From Ignavibacteriota bacterium (GTDB taxonomy: Bacteria > Bacteroidota > Ignavibacteria > UBA10030 > UBA6906): 64,000 bases of DNA. This document shows, piece after piece, positions 38,483 to 47,434 of this stretch. Positions within the stretch are counted from its first letter, which is position 1; every line of letters starts with the position of its first letter. The notes beneath the pieces are model-generated. The model ran no database searches and was not told where the DNA came from. It worked only from the letters and a program-made list of their open reading frames with translations. The position numbers were made by a program, and so were the translations under genes. The stretch is from NCBI GenBank assembly GCA_963801355.1, contig CAWDEM010000008.1, forward strand, positions 2,112,001 to 2,176,000. Reading direction: 5' to 3'.

Positions 38483-40330
38483 CTAACAATATGATAAGCC
38501 CCACGGATTTTGCTTCGGCGGCGGCTTTTTCAGGGGAGATTCTTTCTGTACACCGAGTGTTATGGGCAACTGTGTTTTGGGGGAGGTCTTGATTTTCCCA
38601 AAAAGTAAATCGGTTGCAACTCGTATAGAATCGGGTGTGCCGCTGAAATTACAGATCACGGCATCGGCCACACTCGTCGTGCCTTCGATATACGGATAGT
38701 TTGTCACCACAACGATCCTGTGTCCTGCTTCTTTGAGCTTCTTGGCGAGCAGTTGATTGTTCCCCGCTTTGACGATCCGGGCGTAGTAGTTCGTCATAAC
38801 GACAAGGTCCGCCTGTTTGGCAAGCTCAAGACAATCCGCGATCTCATCCTCACTTGCGGAGAAGTCGGTATCAGTCAAAATCACATTCGTTGAATGCTGT
38901 ACCATAGCCTCGCAGAACATGTGTGTGTGCATATAAGGATCTTTGCCGACAAACTCATAAGGAATACGCTGCTCGATGACCAGGATCCTCTGCTTTGCAC
39001 GTAGCGGCAGCGTCTTCGCATCGTCCCGCATTATCAACAGGGCCTTTTTCGCAACGTCCCAGGAGAAATCTATGACCTGTGTGCTGCGAGCAAACGCTTG
39101 AGCTTTTTTCGGATCCATCTTCCCGGCCTTCGTGAACAAACCCTGGTCATACTTCATCACGAGAAGACGTCTGACAGCATCATTGACCCTGTCCTCAGAA
39201 AGTTCGCCCTTTTCGACGGCCTGTTTGATTCCAAAGAAGCATTGTGATCTTGATTCATCATCGGCTTTCAACAGTATCGTATCGCACCCCGCCCTGATCG
39301 CCAGCGCGCAAGCCCTCGGAAGGGGCCATTTCTTGAGAATGGCTGCCATACCGATGGCATCGGAAACAATCACGCCCTGGAATCCCAGCTCGTTTCTCAG
39401 GAGACCAGTCAGGATTTTCTCCGACAACGTTGTCGGAAACGCATCATCGTACGCGGGGTAAACGGAATGCCCCGTCATGATGGCTTTTACGCCCGCCGCT
39501 ATCGCTGCTTTGAACGGATATAATTCGACTTCCTCCATTCTCTTCTTGTCGGCTCGTATAACATCCAGAACATCATGGGCGTCGGTTGCCGAATCGCCTC
39601 TTCCGGGGAAGTGTTTTGCGGTTGCCGCGATGCCACCGTCCTGAAACCCTTTGAGCAATGCAACAGCATGTCTTGCACAAATCTCAGGGTCATCGCTGAA
39701 AGACCTGACGCCGATTTCGGGATTCTTGGGGTTGATGTTCACGTCGCAGACCGGCGAATACATCTGCGTCACGCCGATAGCGCTGAGTTGTCTGGCAATC
39801 GTGAGACCCACCCGGTACGTCACCTTGGGATCGCCGATGGCGGCCAAACCCATGGGAGGTGGAAACTGTCGTATGCCGCCGGCCATATAGTCGTTCTTGA
39901 AATCGCCCTCAAAGTCAATGGTCATGTGGAGAGGAATCCCGGACGGCCTGCCAAGTGCGATTTTCTGTAGTGTGTTCAGATCCTTGGTGTACTCTTCCGG
40001 TGTTATGCTGATGCCAAAGGTTTTCCCGGCAAAATACGTATTTGCGATGGTGAAATAATCCGCCGGCTTCTCAAAATCCGGGTCAATCTGGGAATTCCCC
40101 CAGTAGAGGTTCCTGCAGGTTTCAAGCGCATACGGTTCGAGGCAAAGACCGCCGCAATGCAGTCGTGTGATCTGTTCGATTACGCTTGGTGTGATCATTG
40201 CGCCGCGGCGGGTAAATGTCAAGAGCTGACCGACTTTTTCTGCCAAGCTCATTTTGGCAATTTTCTTGCTGATGAACGCGTCTCTTTCTTTTGTTGACAT
40301 CTTCATCTCCGCATTGTCTAGGATTCCCAT
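38483..40330 (-). CDS. GH3 glycosidase of NagZ-like type (Asp-His dyad), cytoplasmic
   Basis: MSLAEKVGQLL, SPVCDVNINPKNPEIGVRSF, KHFPGRGDSATDAH, ELYPF, IMTGH, IVSDAIGM. Confidence 0.88.
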   Translation of the reverse strand: MGILDNAEMKMSTKERDAFISKKIAKMSLAEKVGQLLTFTRRGAMITPSVIEQITRLHCGGLCLEPYALETCRNLYWGNSQIDPDFEKPADYFTIANTYFAGKTFGISITPEEYTKDLNTLQKIALGRPSGIPLHMTIDFEGDFKNDYMAGGIRQFPPPMGLAAIGDPKVTYRVGLTIARQLSAIGVTQMYSPVCDVNINPKNPEIGVRSFSDDPEICARHAVALLKGFQDGGIAATAKHFPGRGDSATDAHDVLDVIRADKKRMEEVELYPFKAAIAAGVKAIMTGHSVYPAYDDAFPTTLSEKILTGLLRNELGFQGVIVSDAIGMAAILKKWPLPRACALAIRAGCDTILLKADDESRSQCFFGIKQAVEKGELSEDRVNDAVRRLLVMKYDQGLFTKAGKMDPKKAQAFARSTQVIDFSWDVAKKALLIMRDDAKTLPLRAKQRILVIEQRIPYEFVGKDPYMHTHMFCEAMVQHSTNVILTDTDFSASEDEIADCLELAKQADLVVMTNYYARIVKAGNNQLLAKKLKEAGHRIVVVTNYPYIEGTTSVADAVICNFSGTPDSIRVATDLLFGKIKTSPKTQLPITLGVQKESPLKKPPPKQNPWGLSYC

Positions 40331-41595
40331 TGACCACGGTTCTCAGGCCCTACCCAGAATCCACGCTCGTTCTTCCAGCCCTGCTCGTCGATGTGCAATT
40401 CTTTTGTTTTCCATCCTGCTTTGATTCTTCTTGTCAGATCATCAAACCCCTTGTTCCATGTGAGTCCGTCGGGAACAGTGACGTTCATGCTTCCCGCAGC
40501 GTTTGCATATCTCAAACAGGATTCGAGAGAATGGTTCCAGACAAATGCAGAAAGGAATCCTGCAATCGCCGAGTCGCCTGAACCGAGGGCCCCCACGAAT
40601 CTCTCCTCCTGATACACAGGGAACCACAGCTCCCGATGTGCCCAGTTTTCAAGATCGGAACATCCTGCTGCGCCCATCCTCGTAAGCCGGTCCTTGTCGG
40701 CGGTCCTCACATACAAGCCCCTGTGACCGCACTTGACCATCGCTATTCCCGCGCCCATTTCTATCAAATCACTTCCCAAGCCAGAGATCTCTTTCACGGT
40801 CAAGTGATCAAGCACGCTTTCTTTGGGCCCGAGTTTCGCCTTCTTCTCAAGGAATTCTTCCTTGCAGAGGAAATAGAATATCTCTTCTGCGCTTGGTGCC
40901 ATAATGTCCGACAGTGGGACCCAGTCTTTGAGAATTGCCAACCAGTCAACCCGGCCGGCGTCACTGTCGACATCGGGAAGCGAAAGGTCAAGTGCAGTTG
41001 TAGTTCCTAATTCTTTGGTTTTCTGGAGGATTCGTGTTAACTCACGGCCTCTGTTCTCATAAAGCTTTCTCATCCAGGGCGGATAACCAAAAAGCATGAG
41101 TTTTGAACGCCGCACAAGGTCGAAATTCATATCATCATAACCGAACGTGTCGTTTGCACCACAATGATGGAGATAGAACCGGTCTATCCCGGGTATGCAA
41201 ATGGCAATGGTATATGATGTCGATTCTCCATCCACCGCTTTGATGCCTTGAAAATGTCCTTCGTGCTCCTCATACCAGCTCAGTATCTCTTTGCCAAAAT
41301 CGTCACTGCCGACCTTACCGATCAATTCGGTTTTTACACCGAGCCGGCGGATAGAGACGCCGGCATTCGTTACGGGGCCTCCTCCCACGACAACACACTC
41401 ACCCATATTGATCATTTTGCCGGGGACAAGGACGTCCGTGAGCTTGTCCACAGTACCGGCAATGGTAAAAGCTGGTATCAGGTCAAGGCAGGTATGCCCT
41501 GCAGCCACGACCTCAATATCCTTCTCGTTCACTCCTGTGCGATCCGTATGATATGCTCCCGACAGGCGATCTGATTCACCTGTCAATAATCCCAC
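40318..41595 (-). CDS. PfkB/ribokinase-family carbohydrate kinase (start uncertain)
   Basis: VAAGHTCLD, GGGPVTNAGVSIRRLG...GKVGSDDFG, PSAEE, VKCGHRG, GALGSGDSAIAGFL. Confidence 0.88.
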   Translation of the reverse strand: MGLLTGESDRLSGAYHTDRTGVNEKDIEVVAAGHTCLDLIPAFTIAGTVDKLTDVLVPGKMINMGECVVVGGGPVTNAGVSIRRLGVKTELIGKVGSDDFGKEILSWYEEHEGHFQGIKAVDGESTSYTIAICIPGIDRFYLHHCGANDTFGYDDMNFDLVRRSKLMLFGYPPWMRKLYENRGRELTRILQKTKELGTTTALDLSLPDVDSDAGRVDWLAILKDWVPLSDIMAPSAEEIFYFLCKEEFLEKKAKLGPKESVLDHLTVKEISGLGSDLIEMGAGIAMVKCGHRGLYVRTADKDRLTRMGAAGCSDLENWAHRELWFPVYQEERFVGALGSGDSAIAGFLSAFVWNHSLESCLRYANAAGSMNVTVPDGLTWNKGFDDLTRRIKAGWKTKELHIDEQGWKNERGFWVGPENRGQWES

Positions 41596-42686
41596 TTCGT
41601 GTTCCGCACTATTGCACTGACAGCGTCAAAAGCCGGTTTTGGTTTGCAGTGACGGTCAAACAACATAGGATAGTCGGTTCTCCCCTTCATCGGAAAGTAG
41701 CTGCGCCACGATTGGCCGTCGTGGACCGCCCACAATGTTATCCGGCTGAACTTCTCACGGTGCTTGTGAAACAGCGAGAACAATTCAGCATATCGATGTG
41801 TCAGGTGTTTCTCCACAGAGTCCGGCAAGCCATCGGGGTAGGGACTCAGCTTCTTCTGCGTTTCAGGATCAAAGGAGGAGAGATCCACGAGCGGAGAATC
41901 GACAGGATAGAAAGGAAGTGCACTCACGTCCATTTCCGTAATCATCAGCATGACGCCCAATGTGGCAAGAGCCACTATGTACGACTCAATCTCCTCGATG
42001 CCCGGAGTGTCCAAGAACCAGTGTCCCTGTATGCCAATGCCATCCAGGCGGACCCCTTGTGACTGCAGATTCTTGATGAGCCGGATGACACCAGCGCATT
42101 TGGGTCTGATCTCGTAATCGTACTCATTGTAGTAGAGCTGAGCACCCGGATCGGCCTGGCGTGCATATTCAAAGGCCTTCAGCACGTAGTCTTCGCCGAT
42201 GATTTCCAGCCATTTGCTTCTTCTGAGCTGACCGTCGGCGTCAATCGCCTCGTTCACGACGTCCCAGCCGTGGATTCGGCCCCTGTAACGACCCACGACC
42301 GTGGAGATGTGATCTTTCATTCGGCCAAGCAATGCATCACGGTCCAGCGGTTTGCCTGACTCGTCCTGGAACACCCAGTCCGGTGTTTGAGAGTGCCAGA
42401 CGAGAGTGTGTCCCACGATGTGCATGTTGTGTTTCTCGCCAAAGGCCACATAACGGTCCACCGGTCCGAAATTGTACTTCCCCGGTTCCGGATGCACCTC
42501 TTCCCATTTCAGAATGTTCTCCGGCGAGATGCTGTTGAAGTGCTTTTCCACCACGGCGATGGCGTTTGGCTCATTGCCTGAAATCTGATCCAGACTGAGG
42601 GCAACACCAACATGAACATGGCCGTCAAACCCGTCCTTCAAAGCAGGGAGCTCGGCGTGTTGTGCATTTTGTGCTGTAAGGGTCAT
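41583..42686 (-). CDS. GH10 xylanase without signal peptide (intracellular)
   Basis: ISPENILKW, GHTLVWHSQTP, WDVVNE, LYYNEY, GIQGHW, ITEMD, ITLW. Confidence 0.92.
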   Translation of the reverse strand: MTLTAQNAQHAELPALKDGFDGHVHVGVALSLDQISGNEPNAIAVVEKHFNSISPENILKWEEVHPEPGKYNFGPVDRYVAFGEKHNMHIVGHTLVWHSQTPDWVFQDESGKPLDRDALLGRMKDHISTVVGRYRGRIHGWDVVNEAIDADGQLRRSKWLEIIGEDYVLKAFEYARQADPGAQLYYNEYDYEIRPKCAGVIRLIKNLQSQGVRLDGIGIQGHWFLDTPGIEEIESYIVALATLGVMLMITEMDVSALPFYPVDSPLVDLSSFDPETQKKLSPYPDGLPDSVEKHLTHRYAELFSLFHKHREKFSRITLWAVHDGQSWRSYFPMKGRTDYPMLFDRHCKPKPAFDAVSAIVRNTKWDY

Positions 42687-42826
42687 AACGGGGTTTGATC
42701 CGATCTCTTACTGAATAGAGGTATTCAAGATATTTTCAAGTAGTTCCTGCCGACCGCTCTGCAAGACTCGGAGGTTGAACTCGTCCAGCCTCACTGCATC
42801 CGCCGTACACGCTGCGGGGGGGACGC

Positions 42827-43858
42827 TCACCCGTTCAATACCCGAGACGACTCTCTGACAATAAACTCCGTGTCCAACACCACGCGCTCGACAGGCAATA
42901 GGGTTGAGGACTCGATGTTGCGGATAAGGATCTCCGCTGCACGCCGTCCGATCTCCTCTTGCGGTGCGCGGATCGTTGTCAGCGGCACGGGATAGACCTT
43001 GGCATAGTAAATGTCGTCGTTCCCGATAATGGAGATGTCTTCCGGAACACGAATCCCCAGGTCTTTCAGGGCCATCATGACCGCAAGCGCCTGGTGGTCA
43101 TTGAAACTGACAAGCGCCGTGGGGTAGTCCTTCCGTTCCCTGTTCTTGAAATACTCCAGCGTCTTGGCATAGCACTCATCGTAGTGCGAACCGACGGACA
43201 CGATCGTGTCTTTGTTGAAGACGAGCGGACTCTCGCTGAATGCATGCCGGAATCCTTCGATGCGTTCCTGCGTGTGCGATGACTGTGGCGGCCCGGCAAA
43301 GTGCACAATCTTCGTGTGTCCGGAACGGATCAGATATTCCACCGCTCGTTTGATCGCCTTGATGTTGTCCACCGCTACGACATTGGCCTGTATGCCTCTC
43401 ACATCTTCCAGGAGTACAAAGGGGTAGTTGACCATCTTGAGTCTGAACAGATGTTCGATTTCCGCCGTACCCCGGATGATTGGCGCAATGATCGTCCCTT
43501 TGATATCCTTGGCCGAAAAGAGATGTGACAGCATCTTTTCGCACTGGTGGTCGTCGTCCGAGCTGGCAACGATAACGGAATACCCCTTGCTGTTGGCGTG
43601 TTCTTTCACGCCCGCCGCAATAGACGTGTAGAAGGGATAGCCCATGTCTTTGATGATGAACCCGATGGTTTTGTCCCCCACTCCGTTTTTCAGGTTTCGC
43701 GCCACGCCTTTGGGCCGGAAGTTCAGTTCCTTCATGATCTCCAGAATATGATCCCGCGTTCCGGGTTTCACGGAGTTCTTTGCATTGATCACTGCGGACA
43801 CCGTGCCTTTGGAGACTCTGGCACGCCGCGCAACATCCTCGATCGTCATTCTCTTCAT
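42827..43858 (-). CDS. LacI-family transcriptional regulator
   Basis: MTIEDVARRARVSKGTVSAVIN HTH; ERIEGF; FND; RVPEDISIIGNDD; PLTTI; IVRES. Confidence 0.95.
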   Translation of the reverse strand: MKRMTIEDVARRARVSKGTVSAVINAKNSVKPGTRDHILEIMKELNFRPKGVARNLKNGVGDKTIGFIIKDMGYPFYTSIAAGVKEHANSKGYSVIVASSDDDHQCEKMLSHLFSAKDIKGTIIAPIIRGTAEIEHLFRLKMVNYPFVLLEDVRGIQANVVAVDNIKAIKRAVEYLIRSGHTKIVHFAGPPQSSHTQERIEGFRHAFSESPLVFNKDTIVSVGSHYDECYAKTLEYFKNRERKDYPTALVSFNDHQALAVMMALKDLGIRVPEDISIIGNDDIYYAKVYPVPLTTIRAPQEEIGRRAAEILIRNIESSTLLPVERVVLDTEFIVRESSRVLNG

Positions 43859-43885
43859 GGATAGCCTCTGGTATCCCCCGCACCA

Positions 43886-45382
43886 TCAGGGGACAAATGT
43901 CTTCCTTCGTGCAGCCAGCTCATCCTGAATCTGCAAGTTGAGTCTCTTGCTGATGCTATAGAACGCAAGGGCAACGACGCCGATGAAGAATGTAATCGCC
44001 GGGTATACGCTTCCCGCCATGCGGATGCCCAAAAGAGCGTGCTCTGTCTGAACGGCGTTGGCGACATACCCGTATCCGGCCAGCAGCCATCCGCATATGG
44101 CGCCGCCCAGTCCCAACCCCGCTTTGAGCGCAAACACAATACCGGCAAACACGACGCCTGTCGCCCGGCGATGTGTTCTCCACTCGGCGAAGTCGGCCAC
44201 ATCGGCCATCATTGCCCACAGGAGCGGGATTGTCGGGCCGTAGGCCAGCGACTTCAGAATGTTCAGGCTGAAGATCAGCCCGATGTCGCCCGCAGGCGGC
44301 ATGATGAACAGCACGGTGAACACCGTCGTGAAGAACAAACCCACCAGAAAGACGATTTTCTTGCCAAATCGCACCGCAAGCATCTTGGAGCAGAGCACAC
44401 CGATGATTGACACAAGCTGACCGGCCATATTAAAGAGGCTGAATCCGACGGAGCTCACGTTGGACCGGTCATCCAGGGCGATGAGGCCGAACGCATTGAG
44501 CCACGAATGCCACGTCCCTCCCTCGCCGGGCGACGATGCCACGAGTCCCAGCGACTGCAGGAATGTGAAGAGCGACTCTTTGTCAACGTAGTACGTGAAG
44601 TAGTAAAACATGCCGCTCCCCCACAATGCGAGAGTAATGAACAGGAAGAGCGTCAGCACGAACATGGAAATCCAGGGCTTGTTCTTCAGAAGATCGGCAA
44701 AGTCCTGTTTGGGTGAGGATTTCTGTTTGGGGTCGGGACGAATGCGCTCGCGTGTGCTGAGAAACGTGATAACAAAGCAAACAATGCTGATCAGGGCAAA
44801 CACACCGATCGTGAGCTGCCACCCCTTGGACGCGTTGCCCTCCCCGAGTTTTGCCACCATTGGAAGGGTGAGACCCTGCACCAGAAACGAAGCCGACATG
44901 GCAAAGAAGAAACGGTAGGAGGAGAGGCTTGTGCGTTCGTTCACATCACCGGTTATGACGCCGTTCAGGGCGGAATACGGCAAATTGTTGACTGAATAAA
45001 TCGTCATCAGGAGAATGTAGGTGATATAGGCATATACCACTTTTCCTGAGGCGCTGAAGTCCGGTGTGGTGAAGGCACACACAAATATTACCGCGAATGG
45101 GATTGCCGACCAGAGCACCCAGGGCCGGAATTTCCCCCACCTCGTGTTCGTCCGGTCCGCCACCACTCCCATGAAGGGATCGAACACAGCGTCCCAGAAG
45201 CGTCCTACCAGCAGCAGCGTACCGGCCGCCGCCGCCGTGATACCGAAAACATCAGTGTAGAATCCGAGCTGGAAAATCAGCATCGTCTGAAAGACGAAGT
45301 TGGCTGCCGCATCGCCGAAACCGTAACCGATTTTTTCCCGTACGGAAAGCTTGCCACTGTTCGGTGCCACCGTTTCCTTCAT
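43886..45382 (-). CDS. GPH-family MFS glycoside:cation symporter (xyloside transporter-like)
   Basis: EKIGYGFGD, WDAVFDPFMG..ADRT.TRWGKFRPW, NLPYSAL, ERTSLSSYR, WAMMADVAD, FALKAGLGLGG. Confidence 0.92.
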   Translation of the reverse strand: MKETVAPNSGKLSVREKIGYGFGDAAANFVFQTMLIFQLGFYTDVFGITAAAAGTLLLVGRFWDAVFDPFMGVVADRTNTRWGKFRPWVLWSAIPFAVIFVCAFTTPDFSASGKVVYAYITYILLMTIYSVNNLPYSALNGVITGDVNERTSLSSYRFFFAMSASFLVQGLTLPMVAKLGEGNASKGWQLTIGVFALISIVCFVITFLSTRERIRPDPKQKSSPKQDFADLLKNKPWISMFVLTLFLFITLALWGSGMFYYFTYYVDKESLFTFLQSLGLVASSPGEGGTWHSWLNAFGLIALDDRSNVSSVGFSLFNMAGQLVSIIGVLCSKMLAVRFGKKIVFLVGLFFTTVFTVLFIMPPAGDIGLIFSLNILKSLAYGPTIPLLWAMMADVADFAEWRTHRRATGVVFAGIVFALKAGLGLGGAICGWLLAGYGYVANAVQTEHALLGIRMAGSVYPAITFFIGVVALAFYSISKRLNLQIQDELAARRKTFVP

Positions 45383-45398
45383 TCGTAGTGCCTGTCAG

Positions 45399-45575
45399 TC
45401 AAGAACGTGGAGAACTGCTGTCGTGGATGCACACGTGCACAACTTCCTCACTGGCTCCGGTGCCGGTGTTCTTTGCGTGAACAAGGACGTGGGTGGCTTC
45501 GCCGGGCTGTACCGTCGGTCTTTCCAGCCGCAATGTGCTGAACGCAAACGAGGTATGACTGAGGCAATTCCTTCG
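45399..45575 (-). pseudogene. Remnant of a GH3 glycosidase C-terminal Fn3-like domain
   Basis: LSHTSFAFSTLRLERPTVQPGEATHVLVHAKNTGTGASEEVVHVCIHD resembles the GH3 tail GLSYTxF.YS.L...V.V.NTG.R.G.EVVQLY..D. Confidence 0.65.
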
Positions 45576-45688
45576 ACCATTGTGGCGTCCGTGGGTGAGA
45601 TGCATTGCCTCTCACGAACCGTCAACCCGGGGTGCGGGGAGGTTGAACTCGTTGCTACTTAGGAATGAATTGAATTGTTCAAATCAAG

Positions 45689-45702
45689 TTGAACCGTTTC
45701 AA
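45689..45702. promoter_or_regulatory. LacI-type operator
   Basis: TTGAACCGTTTCAA, one mismatch from a perfect palindrome with central CG; weaker TTGAA-TTG-TTCAA at 45670-45682; a LacI gene lies in the downstream operon. Confidence 0.7.
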
Positions 45703-45730
45703 TGTTAACCTGTGCCAGTCAAAAAAGCAA
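45702..45730 (-). promoter_or_regulatory. sigma70-type promoter of the xylan locus
   Basis: Minus strand TTGCTT (45730-45725), 17 nt spacer, TAACAT (45707-45702); abuts the operator. Confidence 0.55.
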
Positions 45731-45902
45731 GGAAAAAGTTCAGAAAGTGTCGAAAATAGAATCGGCAAGCCACAATCACCGATTGAACGCGGTGAAAGGG
45801 ACTTGCCGACTATTGAATACGTACTGAAAGGGGGGTAATCCGAAGCCTACTGCAGCAACAAAATGCGTTTTGTCCGGACATGAAACAGCGATGAGGTGGC
45901 GA

Positions 45903-46997
45903 CTACGTCATGAATCTACGAAAAGCGTCCCCGATTGTAAAGGAACCGCTCCGGAGCAGACGGTGTAGGGCGATGAGCCCGAGAAGCCCGCATATCAACA
46001 ACACGACAGGACCACGGTCAACAGTCGCATCATAGAGCACGTTGTCATTTGCCAATGAGCCGTCAATGTCGGGCAGGAGCGGCAGATCATATCGGGATGC
46101 GATATCCCTGATATTGAGCAGGTGCACAACGGGGATATTGCGTGAGGAGAACCGCTCGATAAGCCCCCGGCCCGGATTGCTGCAGTGCAGAGGATGCGGG
46201 ATGAGGCCGGTCGGAATTGTGCTCGCGTGTTCACATATGCCCAGACTGGTTTGATTACCGCCGATGTTCACCAGAACGTCCGGGTGCGCCGATAACAACA
46301 TCTCCTCCTTGGATTGAACCGCGTTTGCGAACGTGGGAAAGACACTCAACGCGACACCGTGTCGTTCCGCGGTCCGGCTTAGTATTTGGAGGCCTTCCTC
46401 GGACAGCCCGCCCCCGCTATCCCCCTCAGCCCCCATGGTCACGAGAGCAGACCGGTAATGGAGTCCGCCGTCCTCTCTGAGCCAGTCCTCCATGTCCAGC
46501 CACGTCGCGCCGGATTGATTCGCCCCGAAGGAAGAAGAACCCAGAGAACTCAGGATGACTGCCCGGGCACCGATCGTTTGCACGGCAGCGAGCGAGGCGA
46601 CAGCCAGTGTCGGGAACGAACCCGAAAGAACAACTCCTACCGTGGAAGATGAGTCCACGCCGGCATCGTGCAGCAATCGAATCATCAACGCCGCGAAGCG
46701 GGGATTTGCTGCCGTGCGCTTTGCCTCGAGCGACCCGAGCGTCGTCGTGAACTCCGACCACTCCTGTCCGAGCATCCCGGAATATTTGAAAGACTGAGGG
46801 ACCTCGCGGACGATTCCCGCCTGCCGCTTCCGTGCTTCGATGATGTCGAACCATTGCGATGCCAGAGCCTCCGCCCGACACATCGCAGGGGCATCAGCGC
46901 GATCGCTCCGCTTCACTAGTACGTTCCGTGCAAACACCAGCGCCAGCACCGCAACCCCGAGGATTGCGTAGAGTCGCATATGGCCCGTAGTCGCCAT
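45903..46997 (-). CDS. pgsW: Poly-gamma-glutamate system protein PgsW
   Basis: SGMLGQEWSEFTTTLGSLEAKRTAANPRFAAL, SGSFP, SSLGSSSFGAN, VNIGG, PVVHLLNI; N- and C-terminal TM segments; follows pgsBC. Start at ATG 46997. Confidence 0.85.
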   Translation of the reverse strand: MATTGHMRLYAILGVAVLALVFARNVLVKRSDRADAPAMCRAEALASQWFDIIEARKRQAGIVREVPQSFKYSGMLGQEWSEFTTTLGSLEAKRTAANPRFAALMIRLLHDAGVDSSSTVGVVLSGSFPTLAVASLAAVQTIGARAVILSSLGSSSFGANQSGATWLDMEDWLREDGGLHYRSALVTMGAEGDSGGGLSEEGLQILSRTAERHGVALSVFPTFANAVQSKEEMLLSAHPDVLVNIGGNQTSLGICEHASTIPTGLIPHPLHCSNPGRGLIERFSSRNIPVVHLLNIRDIASRYDLPLLPDIDGSLANDNVLYDATVDRGPVVLLICGLLGLIALHRLLRSGSFTIGDAFRRFMT

Positions 46998-47008
46998 GAT
47001 CAGCTGCC

Positions 47009-47434
47009 TCAACGGAGCATCAGGATCATCGCGACGAGCACTGTGACGATGCCCAGACTCGCGAGTGTCGGCAACACCTTCTGCCTCACCATCTCGTGAG
47101 CAATGAGCCCCGGGATGATGTACCCGATGGACTGCAGATCCATCGCAATTCCCCCAAGAGGCTGGATCCACCGCTCGACGGCCAGCGTGCCGCAAAACCC
47201 CAGAAGCAGGGCGAGAAGAAGCCGGCGACGTCCATAGAGAATCAGATACCCGGACAGTGCATGCAGGAGGCCCCACACCACGCAGGAGAGTATGACAGTC
47301 ACGACAATGCGATCGGGCTCTGCGATGAACAATGCGAGGTATCCCGGCGCCACCACACCGCCGGGCGAATACCCTGCGAGTTCATAAAAGAGAAAGCCCA
47401 CCACCAGTCCGATGAACAAAGCTTCTACGACCAT
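47009..47434 (-). CDS. pgsC: Poly-gamma-glutamate biosynthesis protein PgsC/CapC
   Basis: IGLVVGFLFYELAGYSPGGVVAPGYLAL, ILYGRRR, IGYIIPGLIA...RQ. Confidence 0.93.
   Translation of the reverse strand: MVVEALFIGLVVGFLFYELAGYSPGGVVAPGYLALFIAEPDRIVVTVILSCVVWGLLHALSGYLILYGRRRLLLALLLGFCGTLAVERWIQPLGGIAMDLQSIGYIIPGLIAHEMVRQKVLPTLASLGIVTVLVAMILMLR

Noticed and set aside
35900-41595. Mobile element or genomic island boundaries around the lower-GC block
   Set aside because: No integrase, transposase, terminal repeats or tRNA seen; only a compositional hint from a few sampled lines.
46998-47276. Long N-terminal extensions given by the ORF track (pgsW; also DUF6305, TBDT, GH115, CE4, GH35 and the esterase)
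   Set aside because: They overlap upstream genes or terminators; downstream ATGs have SD sites and give proper signal peptides.
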